DNA of 64,000 nucleotides from Escherichia coli (GTDB lineage Bacteria; Pseudomonadota; Gammaproteobacteria; Enterobacterales; Enterobacteriaceae): NCBI RefSeq assembly GCF_016026235.1, contig NZ_CP065613.1; one strand, 5' to 3'. Shown piece by piece: positions 1 to 8,389 of this stretch (position 1 is its first letter; each line of letters starts with the position of its first letter). The notes under the pieces were generated by a model. It saw only the letters and a program-made list of their open reading frames with translations, ran no database searches and was not told where the DNA came from. The position numbers and the translations under genes were made by a program.

Positions 1-241
1 GCGTCATACCTTGCAGTCAGGTGTTGAAACAGCGCGTGTACCGCTGGAGGAACTTACACCACATGCCGAAAAACTCGCGCCGTTACTGGCTCAATGGCAC
101 CAAAAAGGCTTAAGTCGCGATGCTTCAACTTGCCTGCGGCTGACTAATGAAGGTCGTTTCTGGGCAAGCAATATTTTGCAGTCTCTTAATGAACTAATTC
201 AGGTACTTAATGCGCCAGCGATTGTGCGTGAAAAACCATAA
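1..241 (+). CDS. chuW: 3' end of a heme-locus gene, probably chuW (radical-SAM HemN-like); truncated by window start
   Basis: ORF running in from the window edge, stop at 241, immediately upstream of chuX; identity inferred from chu locus synteny only, C-terminus not independently recognised. Confidence 0.45.
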   Translation, partial: RHTLQSGVETARVPLEELTPHAEKLAPLLAQWHQKGLSRDASTCLRLTNEGRFWASNILQSLNELIQVLNAPAIVREKP

Positions 242-253
242 CAGGAGTGATTT

Positions 254-748
254 ATGAGCCATGTCTCGTTACAAGAATTTTTGAAAACGGAGCCGGACGG
301 TACGCTGGAGGTGGTAGCCGAACAATACAACACCACACTGCTGGAGGTAGTGAAAAATCTACCCTCCTCTACCGTAGTGCCAGGCGATAAATTCGATACT
401 GTCTGGGATACCGTCTGCGAATGGGGCAACGTCACCACGTTAGTACATACTGCCGATGTAATCCTCGAATTTAGCGGCGAACTGCCTTCGGGTTTCCATC
501 GCCACGGCTATTTCAACCTACGCGGAAAGCACGGCATGTCCGGGCATATCAAAGCAGAAAACTGCACGCATATTGCCTTAATCGAACGTAAATTTATGGG
601 CATGGACACCGCGTCCATTCTCTTTTTCAATAAGGAAGGCAGCGCCATGCTGAAAATCTTCCTCGGTAGGGATGACCATCGTCAGCTCCTGAGCGAACAA
701 GTCAGCGCCTTCCATACTCTGGCGGCATCGTTAAAGGAACACGCCTGA
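254..748 (+). CDS. chuX: heme utilisation protein ChuX (HutX family)
   Basis: 164-aa ORF, sequence recalled as ChuX; SD-like GGAG upstream; stop overlaps chuY start (TGATG). Confidence 0.8.
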   Translation: MSHVSLQEFLKTEPDGTLEVVAEQYNTTLLEVVKNLPSSTVVPGDKFDTVWDTVCEWGNVTTLVHTADVILEFSGELPSGFHRHGYFNLRGKHGMSGHIKAENCTHIALIERKFMGMDTASILFFNKEGSAMLKIFLGRDDHRQLLSEQVSAFHTLAASLKEHA

Positions 749-1371
749 TGACGCCGTGGCTACTCTTTGGCGCAGGCGGAAAAGGTGTGGGTGCCAGAAC
801 GCTTGAACTGGCGCTGGCGGAACAACGTCCGGTCGTTGCTGTCATTCGTCATGCCGATGCCGCCACGAAACTGGCGCAACAAGGCGTACAGGTTTTTACA
901 GGCGACGCCTGTGATGCCAGCGTAGTCGCGGCTGCTTGCCGCGCAGCTGGCCCGGATGCGCTTATCATCTCAACAATGGGAGGAGCTCAGGATTATCTGG
1001 CGCACAGAACAGTGATTGATGAGGCCGAAAAGGCCGGCATCAGTCGCATGATTCTGGTGACCTCTTTGGGATGCGGCGATAGCTGGCCGTTTTTATCGGA
1101 TCGGGCAAAAGCCGCGTTTGGTCAGGCGGTGCGCGAAAAGACACTGGCGGAAAGCTGGCTGCAAACCAGCCAGCTAGACTACGCCATTCTCCGCCCTGGT
1201 GGTCTGCTTGACGGCGCAGCAACAGGCAAAGCACAACGGGTACAAAATCAGGAGTGTCATGGTTTTGTCCGCCGTGCCGATGTCGCTGCACACATTCATG
1301 AACTGGCAAACGCGCCAGCACTCAACAAGCAGATCTACAGTCTGATTGAACCTGACCTGAAACCGGCATGA
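748..1371 (+). CDS. chuY: ChuY, NAD(P)-binding reductase-like protein of heme utilisation locus
   Basis: 207-aa ORF with N-terminal Rossmann-type glycine-rich motif (GAGGKGVG); synteny chuX-chuY-chuU-chuV. Confidence 0.8.
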   Translation: MTPWLLFGAGGKGVGARTLELALAEQRPVVAVIRHADAATKLAQQGVQVFTGDACDASVVAAACRAAGPDALIISTMGGAQDYLAHRTVIDEAEKAGISRMILVTSLGCGDSWPFLSDRAKAAFGQAVREKTLAESWLQTSQLDYAILRPGGLLDGAATGKAQRVQNQECHGFVRRADVAAHIHELANAPALNKQIYSLIEPDLKPA

Positions 1372-1419
1372 TACCCCAGCGCGGCATGTCCGCGCCGTAA
1401 TGTCGTAACGGAGTTTTGC

Positions 1420-2412
1420 GTGCTCAAGGATTCACTCTCTTCCGCCAGGGTCTTTATGGGGCTATCACTATTATTGCTTGCCCTGGTGCTGTTCGGTGCC
1501 AGTCAGGGAGCGTTAAAGATCAGTTTTGATGCCCTTTTTGATGAGGAATACCGCGATATCTGGCTCAATATTCGTCTACCACGGGTTTTGCTGGCGGTGC
1601 TGGTAGGTGCAGCGTTGGCAACCGCAGGGGTAATTATGCAGGGGCTTTTTCGCAACCCAATGGCTGACCCAGGATTACTTGGCGTCAGTAGCGGTTCTGC
1701 ATTAATGGTTGGCGTTGCTATTGTGCTGCCCTTCTCCTTCCCAGTGGTGCTGGTGCTCTATGAGCAAATGATGTTTGCCATTGCCGGAAGTTTAGTGGTC
1801 TGCACCATCATTTTTCTCATCACGCAGCGCCATCGCGATGGCAGCATGATGCAATTATTACTCGCCGGTATCGCCATCAATGCCCTGTGCGGCGCAGCGA
1901 TCGGCATCCTGAGCTATATCGGCGATGAGCAGCAGCTACGACAACTCACATTGTGGATGATGGGCAATCTTGGACAGGCGCAATGGCCGACGTTATTGGT
2001 TGCCAGTTCATTCATCCTTCCGGCCATTATCGCAACAACTTGTCTCGCCGGAACGCTGAATTTACTGCAGCTCGGTGATGAAGAAGCCCATTACCTCGGC
2101 GTGAACGTTAAGCGTAAACGCCAGCAATTACTGTTAGTGAGCTCACTGCTCGTTGGTGCTGCCGTATCGGTAAGCGGCATTATCGGCTTTATTGGCCTGG
2201 TGATCCCGCATCTGATTCGCATGACTACCGGAGCAAATCACCGCTGGCTAATCCCTTGTTCCGCCCTCGCCGGAGCCTGTTTATTGCTGATGGCAGACAC
2301 GCTTGCCCGCACGCTGGTACAGCCAGCAGAAATGCCCGTGGGATTATTAACCAGCCTGCTTGGTGGCCCTTATTTTATGTGGTTGATTCTGCGAAATCGG
2401 AGGATCACATGA
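1420..2412 (+). CDS. chuU: heme/hemin ABC transporter permease (FecCD family)
   Basis: 330-aa multi-TM ORF, GTG start with GGAG 7 nt upstream; 4-nt overlap with downstream ATPase gene. Confidence 0.8.
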   Translation: MLKDSLSSARVFMGLSLLLLALVLFGASQGALKISFDALFDEEYRDIWLNIRLPRVLLAVLVGAALATAGVIMQGLFRNPMADPGLLGVSSGSALMVGVAIVLPFSFPVVLVLYEQMMFAIAGSLVVCTIIFLITQRHRDGSMMQLLLAGIAINALCGAAIGILSYIGDEQQLRQLTLWMMGNLGQAQWPTLLVASSFILPAIIATTCLAGTLNLLQLGDEEAHYLGVNVKRKRQQLLLVSSLLVGAAVSVSGIIGFIGLVIPHLIRMTTGANHRWLIPCSALAGACLLLMADTLARTLVQPAEMPVGLLTSLLGGPYFMWLILRNRRIT

Positions 2413-3179
2413 TCAGCGCCCAGAATCTGGTTTATAGCCTTCAGGGGCGGCGTCTGACTGATAATGTCTCGCTGACTTTTCCCGGTGGGGAAATTGTTGC
2501 CATTCTCGGCCCTAATGGTGCGGGAAAATCTACGCTGCTTCGCCAGTTAACCGGCTATCTTCAACCTGATAGCGGCGAATGTCGGTTGTTTAATAAGCCA
2601 TTAAATGAATGGTCGATTACTGAACTGGCGAAACACCGGGCCGTGATGCGTCAAAATAGCCACATGGCGTTTCCATTCAGCGTACAAGAAGTTATCCAGA
2701 TGGGTCGGCATCCGCATCGTACTGGTAATCAGGATAATGAAACAGCACAAATAATGGCGTTATGTGACTGTCAGGCGTTAGCAAACCGCGACTATCGGCA
2801 ATTATCCGGTGGTGAACAACAGCGCGTACAATTAGCGCGCCTGCTGGTGCAACTCTGGGAACCTACTCCCTCACCGAAATGGTTATTTCTTGATGAACCA
2901 ACTTCGGCGCTGGATATTCACCATCAGCAGCACTTGTTCCGTTTATTACGCCAGTTAGTTCACGAGCGGCAGTTCAATGTTTGCTGCGTATTGCACGATC
3001 TAAATCTTGCCGCGCGTTATGCAGACCGTATTGTATTAATGCAAAAAGGAAAGGTTATCGCAAATGGTAAACCACAGGACGTATTGACACCGCAGGCGCT
3101 GACAATGCTCTACGGCGCGGATATTACCGTACTTAAAGATCCTGCCAACCATTCACCACTGATCGTCCTCGATCATTAA
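2409..3179 (+). CDS. chuV: heme/hemin ABC transporter ATP-binding protein
   Basis: Walker A (GPNGAGKST), ABC signature (LSGGEQQR), Walker B (LFLDEP); ATG at 2409 chosen over the track's upstream TTG/GTG start (2256) because the latter lies inside chuU. Confidence 0.85.
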   Translation: MISAQNLVYSLQGRRLTDNVSLTFPGGEIVAILGPNGAGKSTLLRQLTGYLQPDSGECRLFNKPLNEWSITELAKHRAVMRQNSHMAFPFSVQEVIQMGRHPHRTGNQDNETAQIMALCDCQALANRDYRQLSGGEQQRVQLARLLVQLWEPTPSPKWLFLDEPTSALDIHHQQHLFRLLRQLVHERQFNVCCVLHDLNLAARYADRIVLMQKGKVIANGKPQDVLTPQALTMLYGADITVLKDPANHSPLIVLDH

Positions 3180-3185
3180 AAGCAA

Positions 3186-3210
3186 CAGGAGTACCGCACT
3201 GGTACTCCTG
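3186..3210. terminator. inverted repeat between convergent chuV and yhiD (candidate bidirectional terminator)
   Basis: caggagtacc-gcac-ggtactcctg perfect 10-bp stem seen in sequence; no strong T-run. Confidence 0.35.
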
Positions 3211-3230
3211 CGAATAAATAACTATACAGA

Positions 3231-3878
3231 TTAGCTAATTGAAACGCCTTTCACCCCTGCCATACCTTTTAATAATCGCAACAGATCTTCTATCGACGTT
3301 GTGGCATGAAGCTGGATATCAATGGCGACCACTTCATGATCTTCATTTTCCTGCAACGAAACTAAATCAGTTTTTATTTTTTGCTGCTTAAACCAGTCGA
3401 GCATTGATACCGTATTACCGTTCACTAATGTCAGCTGTAAATGGTAATTTTTGTTCATCAGGCGGAAGGTTAATTGATGGAAGACTTCCAGCACCAGCAA
3501 GGTCATCACTGAACCATAAATACCCAGTTCGTACATACCACTGCCAATAACCATACCTATGGCGGCGGTCACCCAGATATCCGCTGCCGTCGTCAAACCT
3601 ACAATATTTTGGTTACGAACGAGAATGTTACCTGCACCGATAAACCCGACGCCCGTCACCACCTGAGCAGCAATACGGCTGGGGTCCAGTCCGACGTGAT
3701 CTAAAGACAGCACGTCAGCAAAACCATATTTTGAAACAATCATAAACAGGGCGCTTCCCATGCCAATTAATACATGTGTGCGTAACCCTGCTCCTTTGCC
3801 GCGCATTTGCCTTTCCATGCCAATAGCGCCACAGGCAATTGCCGCGAGTATAAGACGTATAATAAATTCTGCTGTCAT
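3231..3878 (-). CDS. yhiD: MgtC-family inner membrane protein YhiD
   Basis: 215-aa ORF from internal ATG (MTAEFIIRL...), matches recalled K-12 YhiD; acid fitness island synteny. Confidence 0.85.
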   Translation of the reverse strand: MTAEFIIRLILAAIACGAIGMERQMRGKGAGLRTHVLIGMGSALFMIVSKYGFADVLSLDHVGLDPSRIAAQVVTGVGFIGAGNILVRNQNIVGLTTAADIWVTAAIGMVIGSGMYELGIYGSVMTLLVLEVFHQLTFRLMNKNYHLQLTLVNGNTVSMLDWFKQQKIKTDLVSLQENEDHEVVAIDIQLHATTSIEDLLRLLKGMAGVKGVSIS

Positions 3879-3888
3879 ATAAAAATGC

Positions 3889-3929
3889 AAAAAGGAGCAG
3901 CAAGATGGCTCAACTTGCTACTCCTTTTT
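3889..3929 (-). terminator. rho-independent terminator downstream of hdeB
   Basis: A-run, stem ggagcagcaag/cttgctactcc, T-run seen directly 3' of the hdeB stop on the minus strand. Confidence 0.45.
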
Positions 3930-3941
3930 ACTTGTACCTCA

Positions 3942-4268
3942 TTAATTCGGCAAGTCATTAGATGCTTGATTTTTGAAGGTATACAAATTTTTCTGCGGGT
4001 TTTTCTTGCAGTATTCGATCACTTTAGGAATTTGAGTGAGATCGGTTTCATTTAAAGTAACGGTATCGCCACCTTTATATACTGTTTCTTCATGCAGCAT
4101 CCACCATGCAACCGGGGTCATTGCTTTTGGATTCAGATCAATAAATTCCTGGCAGGTCATATCTTTAGCGGATTCATTGGCTGCCAGCGCAGATTGTGCG
4201 TTCACCAGTGACAAAGCCGCTACAGCGCCCATAAAAATAAACGCTTTACGGAGAGATGAAATATTCAT
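3942..4268 (-). CDS. hdeB: periplasmic acid-stress chaperone HdeB
   Basis: 108-aa precursor MNISSLRKAF... with signal peptide; recalled identity. Confidence 0.9.
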   Translation of the reverse strand: MNISSLRKAFIFMGAVAALSLVNAQSALAANESAKDMTCQEFIDLNPKAMTPVAWWMLHEETVYKGGDTVTLNETDLTQIPKVIEYCKKNPQKNLYTFKNQASNDLPN

Positions 4269-4383
4269 TTTGTAACCCATTCAATATAGAGATTATATAT
4301 GAACAGGAGGAATAGCTGCTTTTAAAGAAGATATTCCGGCCTGTTCAATATGCAAGGAAGTACGATGTAACGCATTCCCGGAA

Positions 4384-4716
4384 TTACATATCTTTCTTAA
4401 TTTTGTCCCATTCGCCTTTAACTTTATCTTTAAAGTTGGCTTGTTTATCCTGAGTACAAGCCTGAACGATAGCTGGGGTTACGGTTGCAATACCCTGAAC
4501 ATCTAAAACCGCATCTTCTGGTTTATCTTTGTTGTTCAGCGCTTCAGCAAAACCAACTGCAGTTGGCTGGAAGGATTCGTCCACAGCCAGGAAATCTTCA
4601 CAGGTCCAGGAGTTGACCGGTTTTTTGTTATCAGCTGCTTTTTGCGCATCCGCTGCATTGCTCACAACTGGCAGAAGAAGCAGACCACCAAGAATAACGC
4701 CTAATACTTTTTTCAT
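4384..4716 (-). CDS. hdeA: periplasmic acid-stress chaperone HdeA
   Basis: 110-aa ORF MKKVLGVILGG...; recalled identity; hdeAB operon arrangement. Confidence 0.95.
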   Translation of the reverse strand: MKKVLGVILGGLLLLPVVSNAADAQKAADNKKPVNSWTCEDFLAVDESFQPTAVGFAEALNNKDKPEDAVLDVQGIATVTPAIVQACTQDKQANFKDKVKGEWDKIKKDM

Positions 4717-4970
4717 CGTAATATCCTCAACTATAAAGTGAAAGAGCCGTCACGAATCAATTTCGACACTGAGGTTATAACCTGGTTTTCTGTATATGTC
4801 ATGTTGATGGAAAATATCAAAATCAGATATTTTTATTTCAATACAATGAGTTACAGATGCATCAGATACTGTAATTAGGAAATTTTTATTAAATCGACTG
4901 CATTCTTAGACGCGTTTTTGGCATAGATTGATAGCAGGGGATTTTCTTCTTAATTTTATAGGGTGGTTCT

Positions 4971-5543
4971 ATGTTATATATAGATAAGGCAACAATTTTG
5001 AAGTTTGATCTGGAGATGCTTAAAAAACATCGCAGAGCAATCCAGTTTATTGCCGTGCTGCTGTTTATCGTCGGGTTGCTGTGTATCAGTTTCCCGTTCG
5101 TTTCTGGCGATATTTTAAGCACAGTAGTAGGTGCATTATTAATCTGTTCGGGCATTGCGCTTATTGTTGGATTATTCAGCAACCGCAGTCATAATTTCTG
5201 GCCGGTATTATCCGGTTTCCTCGTCGCAGTCGCCTATTTATTGATCGGCTATTTCTTCATCCGCGCACCGGAGCTGGGCATTTTTGCCATTGCGGCATTT
5301 ATTGCCGGTTTGTTCTGTGTTGCAGGGGTTATTCGCCTGATGAGTTGGTATCGTCAGCGTTCAATGAAAGGCAGCTGGCTACAGCTCGTTATTGGTGTGC
5401 TGGATATCGTCATTGCCTGGATATTCCTTGGTGCAACGCCGATGGTGTCTGTAACGCTGGTTTCCACACTGGTGGGAATTGAACTGATATTTAGCGCCGC
5501 CAGCCTGTTCAGCTTCGCCAGTTTGTTCGTTAAGCAGCAATAA
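4971..5543 (+). CDS. hdeD: acid-resistance membrane protein HdeD
   Basis: 190-aa multi-TM ORF divergent from hdeAB; recalled identity. Confidence 0.9.
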   Translation: MLYIDKATILKFDLEMLKKHRRAIQFIAVLLFIVGLLCISFPFVSGDILSTVVGALLICSGIALIVGLFSNRSHNFWPVLSGFLVAVAYLLIGYFFIRAPELGIFAIAAFIAGLFCVAGVIRLMSWYRQRSMKGSWLQLVIGVLDIVIAWIFLGATPMVSVTLVSTLVGIELIFSAASLFSFASLFVKQQ

Positions 5544-6341
5544 TTACCCCGGTTGTCACCCGGATCATAGTCACTTGATGTGACTATGATCCGATTAATA
5601 CTCTCTCCGCTACGCAGTGTTGTAGATCAATTGCGCACTATCATTGAAATAATTACCTGCTAGTGATTATTTCAACCTACTGAATTTCATCTAATTTTTT
5701 TCACTCCATGGCAAATTAGCCATTTCAAACATTATCATGGCTGATATTTTCCGTAGTCAGGTTTAATGTTTTAAAAGTGCTGTGGGAAAGTGAACAAAGA
5801 GTTCCGTAAGCGTTGATGCTATGGGCGGTTAAATAAGTAATCCGGGTTCATTTTTTTGCAACTGGCGTTGATTACATTGCATAAATATCCGTGTCTCCAG
5901 ACGCTATATAAAAACCTGAAGACATGAATGCGTTATTTACTCAGGTAATTTCAATGCGTTAAAAGAAAGCTGGCAATCCAATTGCCAGCTTAAGTCGAAA
6001 CAAGGAGACTCGATATTTAAATCGGATTACATTTTAACTTTAGTAATATTCTTCAGAGATCACAAACTGGTTATTGATAACTTATTCTTGGGCAGTAATC
6101 CGCAAACGTTAACTTTTTGTTTACTATTTACAAGCTGATAACAACCAGGAATCTTACTTAGGATCAATATATGGAGTGCGTGATGGATAAATCTGAAGTA
6201 TTGATTAGTGTTAATAGACGTATTAGTTCACGAAGGGTAAAGTTCTTATAGGCGTTTACTATATTGAACAACGATTCGGACAAGGATGTAAATAATGAAA
6301 AGGATGACATGTTCGAAACGATAACGGCTAAGGAGCAAGTT
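5544..6341 (+). promoter_or_regulatory. large AT-rich gadE upstream control region (multiple gadE promoters; expected site of the ArrS antisense RNA)
   Basis: 798-bp ORF-free AT-rich spacer upstream of gadE seen in sequence; regulatory content is from established knowledge of the gadE locus, individual sites not mapped here. Confidence 0.55.
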
Positions 6342-6869
6342 ATGATTTTTCTCATGACGAAAGATTCTTTTCTTTTACAGGGCTTTTGGCAGTTGAAAGA
6401 TAATCACGAAATGATAAAAATCAATTCCCTGTCAGAGATCAAAAAAGTAGGCAATAAACCCTTCAAGGTTATCATTGATACCTATCACAATCATATCCTT
6501 GATGAAGAAGCGATTAAATTTCTGGAGAAATTAGATGCCGAGAGAATTATTGTTTTGGCACCTTATCACATCAGTAAACTAAAAGCTAAAGCGCCTATTT
6601 ATTTTGTTAGCCGCAAAGAAAGTATCAAAAATCTTCTTGAGATTACTTATGGTAAACACTTGCCCCATAAGAATTCACAATTATGTTTTTCACATAATCA
6701 GTTCAAAATTATGCAACTGATTCTGAAAAATAAAAATGAAAGCAATATCACGTCGACGCTCAATATTTCGCAACAAACATTAAAGATTCAGAAATTCAAC
6801 ATTATGTACAAACTGAAACTAAGACGTATGAGCGACATCGTCACCCTGGGTATCACATCTTATTTTTAG
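6342..6869 (+). CDS. gadE: LuxR-family acid-resistance transcriptional activator GadE
   Basis: 175-aa ORF from ATG 6342 with AAGGAG SD at 6330-6335; matches recalled GadE (MIFLMTKDSF...). Confidence 0.9.
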   Translation: MIFLMTKDSFLLQGFWQLKDNHEMIKINSLSEIKKVGNKPFKVIIDTYHNHILDEEAIKFLEKLDAERIIVLAPYHISKLKAKAPIYFVSRKESIKNLLEITYGKHLPHKNSQLCFSHNQFKIMQLILKNKNESNITSTLNISQQTLKIQKFNIMYKLKLRRMSDIVTLGITSYF

Positions 6870-7207
6870 TCAGGACATAAACAACTGAAATTGATGGCTG
6901 GCATGACGAGGGATGCAGATGCTGATTTCATTACCCCCGGTGATTACTAAAGGAGAGGCTAAAACGATTTTATTCCCCTGGTATGTGTATCCACCAGTAG
7001 AACCCTTCGTTGCCCGAATGCTGGCAGGAACTGTTGGCAGAACGGCAACATTTTTTTTGTCGTTGACCTCACCATGTCGATCACTGTGCCTGTATCCCAC
7101 CTTACTGGCTGACAACCCCACTATGCCGCTGGTCTGTAAATCCCTCATATCTCTCCTCGCGCGCAATTTAAAGAACCGTTATTTCTCAAGAATTTTCAGG
7201 GACTAAA

Positions 7208-8365
7208 ATGAACAGAAGAAGAAAGCTGTTAATACCGTTGTTATTCTGCGGCGCGATGCTCACCGCCTGCGATGACAAATCGGCGGAAAACGCCGCCGCC
7301 ATGACGCCTGAGGTCGGTGTCGTCACACTCTCCCCCGGTTCGGTCAATGTGTTGAGCGAATTGCCCGGTAGAACCGTTCCTTATGAAGTTGCCGAGATAC
7401 GTCCCCAGGTGGGCGGTATTATCATTAAACGCAACTTTATCGAAGGCGATAAAGTGAACCAGGGCGATTCGCTGTATCAGATTGATCCTGCACCTTTACA
7501 GGCCGAGCTAAACTCCGCCAAAGGCTCGCTGGCGAAAGCGCTCTCTACCGCCAGCAATGCCCGCATCACCTTTAACCGCCAGGCATCGTTGCTGAAGACC
7601 AACTACGTTAGCCGTCAGGATTACGACACCGCGCGCACCCAGTTGAATGAAGCAGAAGCCAATGTCACCGTCGCCAAAGCGGCTGTTGAACAGGCGACGA
7701 TCAATCTGCAATACGCGAATGCCACCTCGCCGATTACGGGCGTCAGCGGGAAATCGTCGGTGACCGTCGGCGCACTCGTTACCGCTAATCAGGCAGATTC
7801 GCTGGTTACCGTACAACGTCTGGACCCGATTTATGTCGATCTCACGCAGTCGGTGCAAGATTTCTTACGCATGAAAGAAGAGGTCGCCAGTGGGCAAATC
7901 AAACAGGTTCAGGGCAGTACGCCAGTACAGCTCAATCTGGAAAATGGTAAACGCTACAGCCAGACCGGCACGCTGAAATTCTCCGACCCGACGGTGGATG
8001 AAACCACGGGCTCCGTGACGTTACGGGCGATTTTCCCCAACCCAAATGGTGACTTGCTGCCTGGCATGTACGTCACGGCATTAGTGGATGAAGGTAGCCG
8101 CCAGAATGTATTACTGGTGCCGCAGGAAGGCGTCACCCACAACGCCCAGGGTAAAGCAACGGCGCTCATTCTGGATAAAGACGATGTTGTGCAGCTACGC
8201 GAAATTGAAGCCAGCAAAGCCATCGGCGACCAGTGGGTTGTCACCTCTGGCTTGCAGGCTGGCGATCGGGTGATCGTTTCCGGTTTGCAACGCATTCGTC
8301 CGGGTATCAAAGCACGAGCAATTTCCTCCAGCCAGGAAAACGCCAGCACCGAATCGAAACAATAA
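7208..8365 (+). CDS. mdtE: RND efflux membrane fusion (periplasmic adaptor) lipoprotein MdtE
   Basis: 385-aa ORF with lipoprotein signal (LTAC); recalled identity and synteny. Confidence 0.9.
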   Translation: MNRRRKLLIPLLFCGAMLTACDDKSAENAAAMTPEVGVVTLSPGSVNVLSELPGRTVPYEVAEIRPQVGGIIIKRNFIEGDKVNQGDSLYQIDPAPLQAELNSAKGSLAKALSTASNARITFNRQASLLKTNYVSRQDYDTARTQLNEAEANVTVAKAAVEQATINLQYANATSPITGVSGKSSVTVGALVTANQADSLVTVQRLDPIYVDLTQSVQDFLRMKEEVASGQIKQVQGSTPVQLNLENGKRYSQTGTLKFSDPTVDETTGSVTLRAIFPNPNGDLLPGMYVTALVDEGSRQNVLLVPQEGVTHNAQGKATALILDKDDVVQLREIEASKAIGDQWVVTSGLQAGDRVIVSGLQRIRPGIKARAISSSQENASTESKQ

Positions 8366-8389
8366 CGTTGCAGGCTTAAGGGGACTTTC

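Noticed and set aside
2256-2408. upstream extension of chuV proposed by the ORF track
   Set aside because: The extension lies within chuU coding sequence; the ATG at 2409 gives a typical ABC ATPase N-terminus with a 4-nt coupled overlap.
6870-7206. two overlapping about 97-aa ORFs in the gadE-mdtE spacer
   Set aside because: Opposite-strand pair in an intergenic region with no SD or coding bias; likely non-coding.
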